DNA of 64,000 bases, from contig CAVPVX010000011.1 of assembly GCA_963709345.1 (NCBI GenBank), positions 160,001-224,000 on the forward strand, read 5' to 3'. The position numbers were made by a program, and so were the translations under genes. Positions 41,734 to 53,401 of the stretch are shown here, piece after piece (position 1 is the stretch's first letter; the number at the start of each line of letters is the position of its first letter). The notes beneath the pieces are model-generated. The model did not search any database and had not been told where the DNA came from. It saw nothing but the letters and a program-made list of their open reading frames with translations. This stretch comes from an uncultured Actinomycetes bacterium (lineage in GTDB: Bacteria; Actinomycetota; Thermoleophilia; UBA2241).

Positions 41734-42948
41734 TCACTTCGCCTTCGCCGCGGCCTTCTTCTCCTTGACCGGCTCGGTGCCGGGCTTGACGGCCATGTTG
41801 CGGTAGACCTGCTCCATGTCTTCGGCGGTGAACTTGCGCGGGTTGTTGTTCCAGAGCCGCGCCTGCGTGAGGGCGCCCTTGACCAGGTCCGGGATCGCCG
41901 ACTCGGGGATTCCGACCTCGTTCAGGTACTGCGGCACGCCGAGGTCGTCGGCCAGCGTGCGCAGCGCCTGCAGCGTGACCTCGCAACCCTCGCGGTCGCT
42001 CAGCCCTTCCATGTTCTCGCCCATGAGCTCGCCGATCTCGCGGAAGAACTGCGGGCAGGCCAGCATGTTGTACTCCATGACCCAGGGGAGCATGAGCGTG
42101 TTGGCGATGCCGTGCGGCACGTGGAACATGCCGCCGACCGGGTAGCTCATGGCGTGGACGGCGCCGACGCCGGCGTTGCCGAAGGCGATGCCGCCGAGCA
42201 GCGAGCCGATGGCCATGTTGTGGCGCGCCCAGGCGTTGGTCCCGTCGAAGACGGCGGTGCGGATGCTCTGGCTGATGAGCTTGATGCCCTCCGCGGCCAG
42301 CGGGTCGGTATGCATGGTGGCGTTGACCGAGATGTAGGCCTCGATGTTGTGGATGAGTGCGTCCATGCCGCTGGCGGCGGTGACGCCGGGCGGGCAGCTG
42401 TAGGTGAGCACGGGGTCGACCATGGCGATGTTGGGGATCAGGTGGGGGCTGACTACCCCCTGCTTCACATTGAGCTTCTCGTTGGCGAAGATGCCGATCG
42501 CGGTGACCTCGGTGCCCGTACCGGCCGTGGTCGGCACGGCGATGAACGGCAGCCCCTTCTTCGGCACCTGGTCGACGCCGACGTAGTCCTCGATGCGGTC
42601 GTCGGTGGGGGCGAGCACCGCGACCAGCTTGGCGACGTCGATGGCCGAGCCGCCGCCGAAGCCGACGATGAGGTCGTACTCGCCCTTCTTGGCGATGTCC
42701 ACGATCTTCTGGACGCTGCCCATGGGGGGCTCGGGGACGGCCTTGTCGCAGATGCCGACTTCCATACCCGCTTCACGCAGCGGGGCCTCGACGCTGTCCA
42801 CGGTGCCGCAGCAGGCCACGCCGGGGTCGGTGATGACGAGCACCTTGGTGGCGCGGAGCTTCTTCGCCTCGGCGCCGAGCTGCGCGACGCAACCGTTGCC
42901 GGTGATGAGCGTCTTGGGCGCCCGGTGGACGCGGATCTTGGTATCCAT
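41734..42948 (-). CDS. Iron-containing alcohol dehydrogenase (probable 4-hydroxybutyrate dehydrogenase)
   Basis: GGGSAID, PTTAGTGTE, DALIH and HAMSY..HVPHG motifs; in operon with cat2 and abfD. Confidence 0.85.
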   Translation of the reverse strand: MDTKIRVHRAPKTLITGNGCVAQLGAEAKKLRATKVLVITDPGVACCGTVDSVEAPLREAGMEVGICDKAVPEPPMGSVQKIVDIAKKGEYDLIVGFGGGSAIDVAKLVAVLAPTDDRIEDYVGVDQVPKKGLPFIAVPTTAGTGTEVTAIGIFANEKLNVKQGVVSPHLIPNIAMVDPVLTYSCPPGVTAASGMDALIHNIEAYISVNATMHTDPLAAEGIKLISQSIRTAVFDGTNAWARHNMAIGSLLGGIAFGNAGVGAVHAMSYPVGGMFHVPHGIANTLMLPWVMEYNMLACPQFFREIGELMGENMEGLSDREGCEVTLQALRTLADDLGVPQYLNEVGIPESAIPDLVKGALTQARLWNNNPRKFTAEDMEQVYRNMAVKPGTEPVKEKKAAAKAK

Positions 42949-42974
42949 GGCTCTTCTCTCCTCCGTTGTGACTG

Positions 42975-44285
42975 CTATCTCGTGAAGCGGCCGGGCCCGT
43001 AGACGGCGGCCGCCTCCTCGCGAATCTGGTCTCTGAATGCCGGGTCGGCGATCTCCAGCAGGGCTTCGGCACGCTGCCGCAGCCCCAGGCCGCGCAGGTG
43101 GGCGATGCCGTGCTCGGTGACGATGTAATCGACGTCGGCGCGCATCGTGGTGACGGCGGTGCCGGGGGCGAGGGCGGCGGCGATGCGCGACACCGTCCCC
43201 TTCTTCGCCGTGCTCGGCAGAGCGATGATCGCCTTGCCGTCGCGGCTGCGCGCGGCGCCGCGGACGAAGTCGACCTGGCCGCCGATGCCGGTGAACTGCG
43301 TCGCGCCCATCGTGTCGGCCACGACCTGCCCCATGACGTCGACCTGGAGGGCGGAGTTGATGGCGACGACGCGGTCGTTCTGGCCGATCAGGTACGGGTC
43401 GTTCGTGATGTTGACCGGGAACATGTTGACGGCCGGGTTGTCGTCGACGAAGTCGTAGAGACGGCGGGTCCCCATGAGGAAGGTCGCCGCTATCTTGTCG
43501 CGGTTGATCGCCTTGTTGCGGTTGGTGATCACGCCCTCGTTGTAGAGGTCGACGACGCCCTCGCTGAACATCTCGCTGTGGATGCCGAGGTCGTTCTTCT
43601 CGTGCAGGAAGGCGAGGACGGCGTCGGGGATCGCGCCGATACCGAGCTGCAGGCAGGCCCCGTCGTCGATGAGGCCGGCGATGTGCCTGCCGATGGCCTC
43701 TTCGACGGGGCCGATCCTGGGCGGCTGCAGTTCGATGATGTCCTGCTCCGTCTCGACGATGAAGTCGAGCTCGGAGACATGGATGAAGGAGTCGCCGTGG
43801 GTACGCGGCATCTTCGGGTTGACCTGCGCGACGACGGTCCGGGCGACCTGGGCCGCCGGCTTCGTGTAGTCCACGGAGATGCCGAAGGAGCAGAAGCCGT
43901 GCTTGTCCGGCGGCGAGACGTGGACGAGGACGACGTCCGGCGGCAGGTAGCCCTCGCAGAAGAGCCTGGGGATCTCGCTGAAGAAGACGGGGATGTAGTC
44001 GCCGCGGCCGTCCTTCACGGCTTCGCGTGAGGACGCGCCGACGAAGAGCGACTGGTGGAAGAAGGAGTCGGCGTACTCCGGCCGGCAGTACTCGCCGTTG
44101 CCCATCGCGACCATGTGGTTGATCTCGACGTTCTCGAGCTCGCCGGCCCGGGCGACCAGCGCGTCGACGAGCTCGAGCGGCTCGCCGCAGGCGTGCGCGA
44201 ACACGACGCGGTCGCCTGACCTCACGCACTGCATGGCCTCGGCGGCGGTGACGTGCTTGCCGGCGTAGTCGGTGTTCCAGTCCAT
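42975..44285 (-). CDS. cat2: 4-hydroxybutyrate CoA-transferase (acetyl-CoA hydrolase/transferase family)
   Basis: LQLGIGAIP, DLGIHSEMF and GIGGQVDFVRGA motifs. Confidence 0.88.
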   Translation of the reverse strand: MDWNTDYAGKHVTAAEAMQCVRSGDRVVFAHACGEPLELVDALVARAGELENVEINHMVAMGNGEYCRPEYADSFFHQSLFVGASSREAVKDGRGDYIPVFFSEIPRLFCEGYLPPDVVLVHVSPPDKHGFCSFGISVDYTKPAAQVARTVVAQVNPKMPRTHGDSFIHVSELDFIVETEQDIIELQPPRIGPVEEAIGRHIAGLIDDGACLQLGIGAIPDAVLAFLHEKNDLGIHSEMFSEGVVDLYNEGVITNRNKAINRDKIAATFLMGTRRLYDFVDDNPAVNMFPVNITNDPYLIGQNDRVVAINSALQVDVMGQVVADTMGATQFTGIGGQVDFVRGAARSRDGKAIIALPSTAKKGTVSRIAAALAPGTAVTTMRADVDYIVTEHGIAHLRGLGLRQRAEALLEIADPAFRDQIREEAAAVYGPGRFTR

Positions 44286-44287
44286 CT

Positions 44288-44584
44288 CTAGTGCTCCTTG
44301 AGCTTGCGCATGATGGCGGGCGCGAGCTCGTCCTGCGGCGTGGGAACGCCGTCGACGAGCTCGCCGGCGACGACCACCGCGGTGGGGTCGTCGCTGGTGA
44401 GCATCTGGTTCGACGCGCACGCGCGGGAGCAGCCGCTCAGGTGCACGGTCGCTCCCGGGCGTAGGTCCGGATCGTCGGCGGGCAGCTCGGCGGCGACTGC
44501 CGTGCGGTCGATCTGCGGGTTGCAGCCGCCGCAGTACGCGACCTTCACGCGCTTCCCGTCGTCCGCTGTGCCCTCGCCGGTCAT
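44288..44584 (-). CDS. Small Cys-rich protein (YCGGCNP...GCxxAC)
   Basis: ORF between abfD and cat2 with four Cys in two motifs. Confidence 0.7.
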   Translation of the reverse strand: MTGEGTADDGKRVKVAYCGGCNPQIDRTAVAAELPADDPDLRPGATVHLSGCSRACASNQMLTSDDPTAVVVAGELVDGVPTPQDELAPAIMRKLKEH

Positions 44585-44588
44585 CGAG

Positions 44589-46099
44589 TCAGTCGGCGGC
44601 CACCGCCGTGGGCCTCTTGATCCGCTCCTTGTCCCACGGCTTGCCGACCTCGGCGATGGCCTTGGCCAGCTCCTTCTTGTGGTTCAGGTTGGACTGGCGC
44701 GCGATCATGATGCGCTGCGCCTGCGGCGAGCCGGCGCCGTGCATGCTCTCGGTGAGGTAGCCCACGGCCGCCGCGCCCAGAGTGAGGTTCTCGACCAGGC
44801 GCAGTATCCGCATGCGGTCGATGGTCGGTCGTGTCGCAGTTGCGCCGACCAGGTACTTCTTCACGATGGGGCCGACCTTGGGGTCGGCCAGATCCTGGGC
44901 CGACGGCATCGTGACCATCAGGCCCCCGGCGATGTCCTGCGGCGAGGCGCGCGATCTCGTAGGGGAAGCGGGTCACGTTCTGCTTGTGACGTTGGCCAGC
45001 AGCAGGTCGATCTAGGTAGTTGCCGGCCGGCATCTTCCGCCCTCGGCTGAGCAGGCGATGCCGCAGGCGAACATCGTCTCGTTGAGGTGGGTCATCTCGA
45101 CGATCTTGTCCTTGATGTGCGCTGGCCTTGGCGACGCCGTTCATCTCGGCGGCGACGGCGGCCGCGCCGATGAGCACGTCGCCCACGCCGACCTTGCAGC
45201 CGCCGTAGCTCTGACCGGTGATAGCCGGCGAAGCGCTCGACCAGCGGACCGGCGAACTCGACCTCGCCGCACAGGAAGACGTGGTCCCATGGGACGAAGA
45301 CGTCCTCGAAGACCATCAGTGCTTCCTGCCCGCCGAAGTTGGACGTTGCCGATGTCGAGGTCGTTGCCCTCGAGCTTGCGCGTGTCGCAGGTCTGGCGGC
45401 CGTAGATGTAGGTACACGCCCTCGGCGTTCGCCGGGCAGGCGAAGCTGACGGCGTAGTCCTCGTCGCCCTCGCGCATGGCGATGGTCGGCATGACGACGA
45501 TCTCGTGCGAGTTGCAGGCGCCCGGTCTGGTGCGCCTTGGCGCCGCGCACGACGATGCCGTCGTCGCGCTTCTCGACGACGTGCAGGTACATGTCGGGGT
45601 CGGGCTGCTGGTGTGGCGGCAGGCTGCGGTCGCCCTTGGGGTCGGTCATGGCGCCGTCGGCGACGAGGTCGTTGTCCTGCAGGTACTGGACGTACCTCCG
45701 GAACCGCGCGTGATACTCCGTGCCCAGTTGGCCTGGTCGATCTCGTAGGTGACCGACCAGAGCGCGTTGAGGGCGTCCATGCCGACGCAGCGCTGGAAGC
45801 AGGAGCCGGTCTTCTGGCCCAGCAGCCGCAGCATCTTGACCTTGTTCAGCAGGTCGTCGGTGGACTGGTGCAGATTGGTGAACCGGTTGACCTTCTTGCC
45901 GGTCAGGTGGCTCGTCGCCAGCATGAGGTCTTCGTGCTCGGGCGTGCTGCGCCAGTTCGTAGGTCATGGCGATGCAGTTGATGCTGGGCCGTATGAGCGG
46001 GTGGTTGACGTAATCGTCGATCCGCTCGCCGAACAGATAGACCTGCAGGTGCAGGTCGGCGAGGCTCTGGATGAACTCCTCGGGTGTCTTGAGAGCCAT
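44589..46099 (-). CDS. abfD: 4-hydroxybutyryl-CoA dehydratase (multiple apparent frameshifts)
   Basis: CFQRCVGMDA, GAMTDPKGDR, VVRGAKAHQTG, FAGYHR and ESMHGAGSPQAQ motifs across frames. Confidence 0.88.
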
Positions 46100-46259
46100 G
46101 CGGTGCACTCCTTCCTGGCGCCCTCGGGTGGTCGGGCGCTGCGCTGGCTTGCAGGCACGGGCGCGCGCATGGGCGGGAGCGCTCGCGCGTTGGTTCGCTC
46201 CGGCGGGGCGCGGACGGCTCGCGATCGACCGTGTGACGCTCGGCGCCCTCGTGGATTCA

Positions 46260-46298
46260 ACTATAGGAGCGCCTCCGGCGTTAGTCAATTAGTGACTA
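46260..46298 (-). promoter_or_regulatory. Promoter of the abfD operon with an overlapping inverted repeat
   Basis: Minus strand TTGACT-17 bp-TATAGT; TAGTCA-N5-TGACTA overlaps the -35 element. Confidence 0.7.
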
Positions 46299-46632
46299 GG
46301 AGTCGCCAATTCCGGGGGTAGTTCTTGTACCTCTTGTACAAGGCAAAGAGCGACCGGATGGCGTGTTCGGAAGGATATGCGCCGCCATCGCAGCCGAGAC
46401 GGCAGTGTCGCGGTGGCGTCAGAGAGCGCCCCGATGCTCCAGAGTGTACCAAGTGGCGCACGATGGCCGGAGAGGTTTGGCCCGAATGGCGACTGCGAGG
46501 TGGCTCGCGAGGGCGTATACTCCGGGCGCTCCGCGCCATCGTGCGCCGCCGCCGTGTCGCGCGCGTCCGCGCGGGGCTCTTTGAGGAGCCCAGGATCACC
46601 CAGACCTGCATCGCCTACGTGGAGGGCACTAC

Positions 46633-47994
46633 ATGAGCGCATTCGTCGACGAATTCATGGCCGAACTCACGGCCAAGAACCCCGCTGAGCCCGAGTTCCA
46701 CCAGGCCGTCCTCGAGGTGGCCGAGTCTCTCGAGGCCGTCCTCGACAAGAACCCCAAGTACCGCGAGGCCAAGGTCCTTGAGCGCATCGCCGAGCCGGAG
46801 CGGGTCATCATGTTCCGCGTTCCCTGGGTCGACGACAAGGGCGAGATCCAGCTCAACAAGGGCTACCGCGTCGAGATGAACAGCGCCATCGGCCCGTACA
46901 AGGGCGGCCTGCGCTTCCACCCCAGCGTGTACCTCGGCCTCCTCAAGTTCCTCGCCTTCGAGCAGGTCTTCAAGAACTCGCTGACGACGCTGCCCATGGG
47001 CGGCGGCAAGGGCGGCGCGAACTTCGACCCCAAGGGCAAGAGCGACCGCGAGGTCATGGCCTTCTGCCAGAGTTTCATGACCGAGCTCAGCCGCCACATC
47101 GGCGACCGCACCGACATCCCCGCCGGCGACATCGGCGTCGGCGGCCGTGAGATCGGCTTCATGTTCGGCCAGTACAAGCGCATCCGCAACGAGTTCGTCG
47201 GCGTGCTCACCGGCAAGGGTATCGAGTTCGGCGGGTCGCTCATCCGCCCCGAGGCCACCGGCTACGGCGCCGTGTACTTCGCCGCGGAGATGCTCACCAC
47301 GCGCAGCGAGACGCTCGAGGGCAAGACCTGCCTCGTCAGCGGCTCCGGCAACGTCGCCCAGTACGCCACCGAGAAGATCCTCGACCTCGGCGGCAAGCCC
47401 GTCACGCTGAGTGACTCCGGCGGCTACATCTACGACGAGGCCGGCATCGACCGCGAGAAGCTCGCCTTCGTGCTCGAGCTCAAGAACGTCAAGCGTGGCC
47501 GCATCCAGGAGTACGCCGACAAGTACGCGAGCGCCGTCTTCACGCCGCGGGACGACAGCAAGGACCACAATCCGCTGTGGGACCACAAGGCGGACTGTGC
47601 CTTCCCCTGCGCCACGCAGAACGAGATCAACGCCAAGGACGCCCGGAACCTCGTGGACAACGGCGTGTACCTGGTCTCCGAGGGCGCCAACATGCCGACG
47701 GTGCCCGAGGGCGTCAACCTCTTCGTCGACAAGAAGCTCCTCTACGGCCCCGGCAAGGCCGCCAACGCCGGCGGCGTCGCGACCTCCGGTCTCGAGCAGT
47801 CGCAGAACAGCCTGCGCCTCAGCTGGACGCGCGAGGAAGTGGACGCCCGTCTGCACGGCATCATGAAGAGCATCCACAAGCAGTGCGTCGACGCGGCCGC
47901 CGCCTACGGGGTCGAGGGCAACTACGTGGCGGGCGCCAACATCGCCGGCTTCCTCAAGGTCGCCAACGCGATGATGGCCCAGGGCGTCGTCTGA
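46633..47994 (+). CDS. gdhA: Glutamate dehydrogenase (NADP-type GdhA)
   Basis: GPYKGGLRFHP, MGGGKGG, RPEATGYG and KAANAGGVA motifs. Confidence 0.97.
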   Translation: MSAFVDEFMAELTAKNPAEPEFHQAVLEVAESLEAVLDKNPKYREAKVLERIAEPERVIMFRVPWVDDKGEIQLNKGYRVEMNSAIGPYKGGLRFHPSVYLGLLKFLAFEQVFKNSLTTLPMGGGKGGANFDPKGKSDREVMAFCQSFMTELSRHIGDRTDIPAGDIGVGGREIGFMFGQYKRIRNEFVGVLTGKGIEFGGSLIRPEATGYGAVYFAAEMLTTRSETLEGKTCLVSGSGNVAQYATEKILDLGGKPVTLSDSGGYIYDEAGIDREKLAFVLELKNVKRGRIQEYADKYASAVFTPRDDSKDHNPLWDHKADCAFPCATQNEINAKDARNLVDNGVYLVSEGANMPTVPEGVNLFVDKKLLYGPGKAANAGGVATSGLEQSQNSLRLSWTREEVDARLHGIMKSIHKQCVDAAAAYGVEGNYVAGANIAGFLKVANAMMAQGVV

Positions 47995-48125
47995 TCCGGC
48001 TGCATCGCGCAGCGGCGTTTTGCGGCGCTTCGCTCACGGGTACGTACCCAAGCGACGCCGGCCATGAATGACCCAGTACATCCCGTGGCGGGCCATCCCG
48101 CCGCAGGATGAAAGGAGCGGCAAGC

Positions 48126-48467
48126 ATGAAGAAGATCGAGTGCTACATCCAGCCGTACAACCTCGACACGGTGGCCGAGGCTCTCGCGGTCGAGGGCGTG
48201 CTCGGCATGTCGGTCGCCGAGATCAAGGGCTTCGGCGTCCAGAAGGGCTTCATCCGCGACGAGGACGTCCAGCCCGGCCAGTTCCGCTTTCACCCCAAGA
48301 TGAAGGTCGAGATGGTCGTGCTCGAGAAGGACGTCGAGCGCATCATCGCGGCGATCAACGCGTCGCTCAAGAGCAACCAGATCGGCGAGGGCAAGATCTT
48401 CGTCACGCCGGTCGACGACGCCGTGCGCACGCGCACCGGCGAGCGCGGGCGCGACGCGATCAAGTAG
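48126..48467 (+). CDS. glnB: PII-family nitrogen regulatory protein with divergent T-loop
   Basis: MKKIE, KGFGVQKG, PKMKVE, IGEGKIFV and RTGERG motifs. Confidence 0.88.
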   Translation: MKKIECYIQPYNLDTVAEALAVEGVLGMSVAEIKGFGVQKGFIRDEDVQPGQFRFHPKMKVEMVVLEKDVERIIAAINASLKSNQIGEGKIFVTPVDDAVRTRTGERGRDAIK

Positions 48468-49227
48468 TCGCCGGGCGGCCGCGAGGCCGCCGTTGCGACG
48501 CAGTGGAGACGAGGGGCCCGGGCCCGCTTCGGCGCCCGGGCCCCTCGCCCTCGTTCTTTCCCGTCGCGCGCGCGAGCGCCGCACGCCTGCGTGAGAACGA
48601 TGAAGTTTTCCGGAGCTTCGTGTTGCGCCGCGAGCGCTCAGACGCTAAAGTGCCCCAAAGGACGTGCCCGGACGGGCGTCCGACGGCGTGGCAGCCGGCT
48701 TCGCACGCGAGCGGCGAGCCCAGGAGGCTCGTGCGGCTCCTGCGCCGGGCCGGCGATGCGTCACCACGGTGGAGGGGGAACCTGGCCCATCCGGTCACCC
48801 ACCACCAGGCATCACAGGTAACAAGGGGGGAGGTGGGTGCTGCTGCCGGAGAAGGAAAGTCGTGGCTCGCGTTGTAGAGTGATACCTGACAGAGTCGATC
48901 TGGAGGTCATCCGACCTTGAGAGCCCCCCACCCATGCCACGCGCGATCTGTGCTGTTTGGCGTTGGACTCGGCACACCGGTCGTTATAGAGTGTGAAGTT
49001 GTGTGGAGCAGTAGACACAGGGGGCGTCCCGCGTGTTCGTGCAGCGGCGCGCGGAACGGCGAAACAGGGCCGGCACATGGCCCCGACTCAGGCGGGTAAG
49101 GCTCCGCAAGCAAGCCTAGGAGGTGGTCGTGTCGTGAGAAACACATGCGTCCCCGTGGGATCTCGGTCCCACGTCAAGGTCAAATTGGCTGAAAGCCATC
49201 GTAGTGAACCAATCAGGAGGTCGTAAC

Positions 49228-51603
49228 ATGCAGCAAACGAAACGACGGAGTAAGAAGGGTCTGACTCTTCTTGCGTTGGCGATCGCCCTGTTGGTTGTGG
49301 CGATTGTGCCGGCCGGCGCGATGGGCGCAACGGCCAACGGCGTACTCGAGCCGGGTCTCGTTCTCGACGGCGCCGATGGCCAGGGTGGTCACGTCTGGTT
49401 CGGCGCCACCACCGACCCCGTCGACGGCTATTACAGTCCTTGGTACAACGATGCCCTGGAGGCGAGCTGGAACGGCATCGTCATCGAGCCGGTCTACGGC
49501 GGCGGCGTCATCGACGTCCTCGCCATCAACTGGATCATCGACGGCGACGCTGCTGGCCACGCGTTCAGCTACGTGCATCCGGGCGGACCGCCGCAGTACG
49601 TGAGCTTCGGCGCCGCTAGCCATCCCTCGGAAGGCCTGCACACCATCGACAGCTGGCTGCAGGAGACCACTGCGACGGCGCACGTGCTCGTCCGCAAGGC
49701 GACCGTCACCGACACGTTCGGCATCGACCAGACGGATCCCGAGTGGCAGCACGTGACCATCGACGAGGACTGCTACTACAACATCCCGGTCGAGTTCAGC
49801 GCCATCGCGTCTGATGACTACGGCTCGGGTGTGGCTCCTACTCCCACCGCTACGTGGACCGACCCAGTGGACGGCGCCATGGTCGCTGACGGCGTTCCGC
49901 TCACCTGGAACAAGTGGATCGTACGAAGTGACCGGCACGGTCAATCCTGTGGGCCATCCCTTCTACGGAACGGTCCCGGTCGTCTTCACCGCCACCGACA
50001 TGGTCGGCAACGTCAACGTTGACCAGTACGATGTCAACTTCGACCTGGTGGCCCCGGATACGTCCTACAAGGTCACCCCGGCCGGCTCCGATAACCAGAC
50101 CGGCTGGACCAACCAGCCCGTCACCGTGGACTTCACGGCGACCGACATCGGCGGCGCGGGCGTCGACTACACCGAGTACATCGTCAAGACGTCGGACACG
50201 ACGGCTCCGCCGGCGACTCCGGGTATCGACGAGTCCGGTACGAAGGGCAACTCGGTCGTCATCAACGAGACCGCCCCCATCGGCCCGAACTACGTGTACT
50301 ACCGCTCCGTCGACGCCGCTTGCCCCGAGGGCAACAAGGAAGCCTGGAAGCTCGTCATGGTCTTCTTTGACGACGTCGCTCCCGCCATGTCCGACGATAC
50401 TCCGGACTGGTGGATCAACAACAGCCTGCTCGACGGTTTCGACATGTGGGGCGAGATCGGCATCACGGCGTCCGATCACAACAGCGGCATTGCTCCTCCC
50501 GGCATCGAATGGGAGCTGGTCGGTCATCCGCTGCATCTACGGTAGCGGCATGGGTCCGACAATCTATGTCCCGATCCTGGCGCTCGGTATCGCTGACGGC
50601 ATCCGCGACTTCACGTACACCGCGACCGACAAGGCCGGCAACGTGGCCAACGGCGGCAACCGAGGTCAAGATCGACACCCGTGGTCCCGTCACCGACGGC
50701 GACTGCCGGCTGGGTCAACGGTCTTGAGCCGTACGTGCTCACCGCCACCGATCAGGTTCCGGGTTCGGGCGTCGCTGCGACCGTGTACCGCGTCGACCAG
50801 GCCACTCCGTGGTCCATCAACGAGGCCGGCGTCGTGGCTCCCACGCTCGATGACCGAGATCATGCTCACCGGTGGCCACGGCTCCATGCACACCATCGAC
50901 TTCGCGTCGGTGGATGCGGCGCTGCCGTTCTACTACGACGCAGCTACGTACATGACGCCGAGCTGGCACTACGGCAACTGGGAACTCGACGTTCTCAACC
51001 TGCTCACGACCGGGCTCGGTCTACAAGAGCCGCACCGTCACGCTCGACATCACGGCTCCTGAGGTCATGCTCGCCGATCCGGTTCAGCCTGACTGGCAGA
51101 AGGTCCCCGCGACCCTCAACTTCACGGGTACTGACGTGGGTTCGGGCTACGACTACACCGAGTGGAGCACCGACGGCGGCGCCACCGTCAACAAGGGCGA
51201 AGTCGCCCAGATCGGCGGCAACGGCGTCATCACCGTGAACTACCGCGGTGTGGACAAGGTGGGCATCAGGTCCGCCTGGAAGGCCACGACGGTCACGGTC
51301 GCCACGACTCGCCCGAGCGTCAAGGCCAGCAACGTGACCGTCAAGAAGGGCAAGAAGGCCAAGTTCCGCTTCAACATCACCGCGGTCACGCCGACGGCCA
51401 CCAGCGTCGTCATCGAGATCCGCACCAGGGCCGGCAAGACCGTCAGCACGCACCGTTATGCCAACGTGAAGACGAACTCCGACCAGTCGCGCCGCTTCAG
51501 GGTCAACCTGAAGAAGGGCAAGTACCTCGTCCGCATCAGCGCCGTCGATGCAGCGGGTAACATCCAGGCCAAGCGTGGTACCGCGACGTTGAGCGTGAAG
51601 TAA
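49228..51603 (+). CDS. Large secreted Ig-like/beta-sandwich surface protein (frameshifted; S-layer candidate)
   Basis: Signal peptide, repeated D-x-GN/D-xx-AP modules and a basic C-terminal domain; AGGAGG RBS; TAA stop. Confidence 0.7.
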
Positions 51604-51638
51604 GTCACGACCGCCTTCGAACCTGAAGGTAGCTGCAG

Positions 51639-51672
51639 TGGGCGGGGCGCCGAAAGGCGCCCCGCCCATTTC
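51639..51672 (+). terminator. Intrinsic terminator
   Basis: TGGGCGGGGCGCC-GAAA-GGCGCCCCGCCCA-TTT. Confidence 0.8.
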
Positions 51673-51793
51673 TGCGTTCGGAATGGGTCCGCCGCTGCGC
51701 GTCGAACTTGTCTTATGGCGCTCGTGTGCGTAGGACTACTGTAAGTGACCGTCGGCGTTGCGCTCGCCGGCCCACCCGTACTGGAGGTAGCGC

Positions 51794-53401
51794 ATGGGTA
51801 GCAGCACTGAACGGGCAGGAAGGCGCCGGCTGAAGCGTGGCCTGCGCGGCTTTGGATTGGCGGCGGGGCTGCTGCTGCTGGCTGCGGCGCCGGTACTCGC
51901 GGCAGTCGTGGGGCCGACGAGCAGCTCCAGCTACACCTTCGCTGCCGAGCGGGGCCCAGGGCGCCGCGGGGCACTGGCAGAACAGCACCCAGTCCGTCTC
52001 CGTCACGGCCACGCCCTCTGTCGACGCTACCGTGACGGCCCACTTCAGCGCCGACGGCGGCATCAGCTGGACGACGAGGTCTGCGGCGAACACGCAGACC
52101 GCGACGTGGAGCTTCGTGGTCGACGACGAGGGCTCGAACGCGATCAGGTACTTCGCGAGTGACTCGTCGGGCAACCCTGACGAAGCAATGCACTCTCCAG
52201 GCTTCGTGAACATCGACTTCACGGAGCCGACGATCACGGCGACGAGCCTCGAGACGACCTCGACGCAGAGCGAGGCGGCAGGCTGGTCGCAGGACACGAC
52301 CGGGACGGTCACCTTCACGGCTGCGGACCCGGTGCCGCCCTCGGGCGCCGAGACCTCAGGGCTGGAGCAGATCTCGCGCACCGTGAACGGCGGCGGTGCG
52401 GTCGTGACGACCGGGACCGCTACCGTGGACTACGAGTGGGTCAAGGGCGCCGCCGGCGTGGTCGAGGGCAGCAACGAGGTCACCTACTCGGCCAAGGACT
52501 GGGCCGGCAACAGCGTCAGCATGACCGGGTTCATCAACATCGACACGGTTGCCCCGACGACCACGCCGTCGCCGGCGCTGGCGTCCAGCCCCACGACGGG
52601 GTGGCGCAGCACCGAGGTGACGGTGACGCTCGAGCTGGCTGGACGTCTCGTCCGGTGTGCCGCCGCTGGGCACGGTCTACCGGCTGGGCGACGCCCTGAA
52701 TCCCACCGTCTACGTGAATCCGTTCGGGGTGAAGGTGGAGGGTTCGACCCGGCTGGAGTACTCGTCGTTCGACCGGGCCGGCAACCTCGAGGCCACGCAG
52801 ACCGCCTACGTGAACATCGACAAGAGCGTCCCGACCGCGAGCGCCACGACGACGCCGGCGGGCAACGACGGGTGGTACAAGACCGACGTCAAGGTGACGC
52901 TGGCGGGTAGCGGATCGCCCTCCGGCATCGCCAAGACCCAGTACCGGCCGGACGACGACCCGTCGCCGGCCTGGCAGGACGCGGCGAGCAACCAGTTCAC
53001 GGTATCGGCGGCCACAGAGCGGCTTCAAGACCTACGAGTATCGTGCGGTCAACGGGGCCGGCACGGCGAGCGCCGTCAAGAGCCTCGTGCTCAAGATGGA
53101 CACGGTCAGGCCGCGGGTCGTCGGCAAGAAGGCCTCCGGCAAGAGGAACAAGAGGATGACGCTCAAGTACCGGTTCACGGACAACCTCAGCCCCAAGATC
53201 AAGACCGTCTACGTCAAGATCACGAACTCCCGGGGCAAGGTCGTCTCCACGAAGCGGCTGGGGGCGGTCAAGAACGTGAAGAGGTGGTACTCCTTCACGT
53301 GGAAGACGAGCAAGAAGGGCACGTACAGGTACTACCTGCACGGCAGCGACCTCGCCGGTAACCGGTCTCAGACGAAGCCGGCGAAGATCAGGGTGAAGTG
53401 A
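51794..53401 (+). CDS. Secreted Ig-like repeat protein (frameshifted)
   Basis: Signal peptide; repeats of DxAGN..VNID.TAP; Lys/Arg-rich C-terminal domain. Confidence 0.7.

Noticed and set aside
49040-49215. c-di-GMP riboswitch in the surface-protein leader
   Set aside because: A GAAA-type hairpin is present, but the GGCAAAC/GCAAAGC core is absent.
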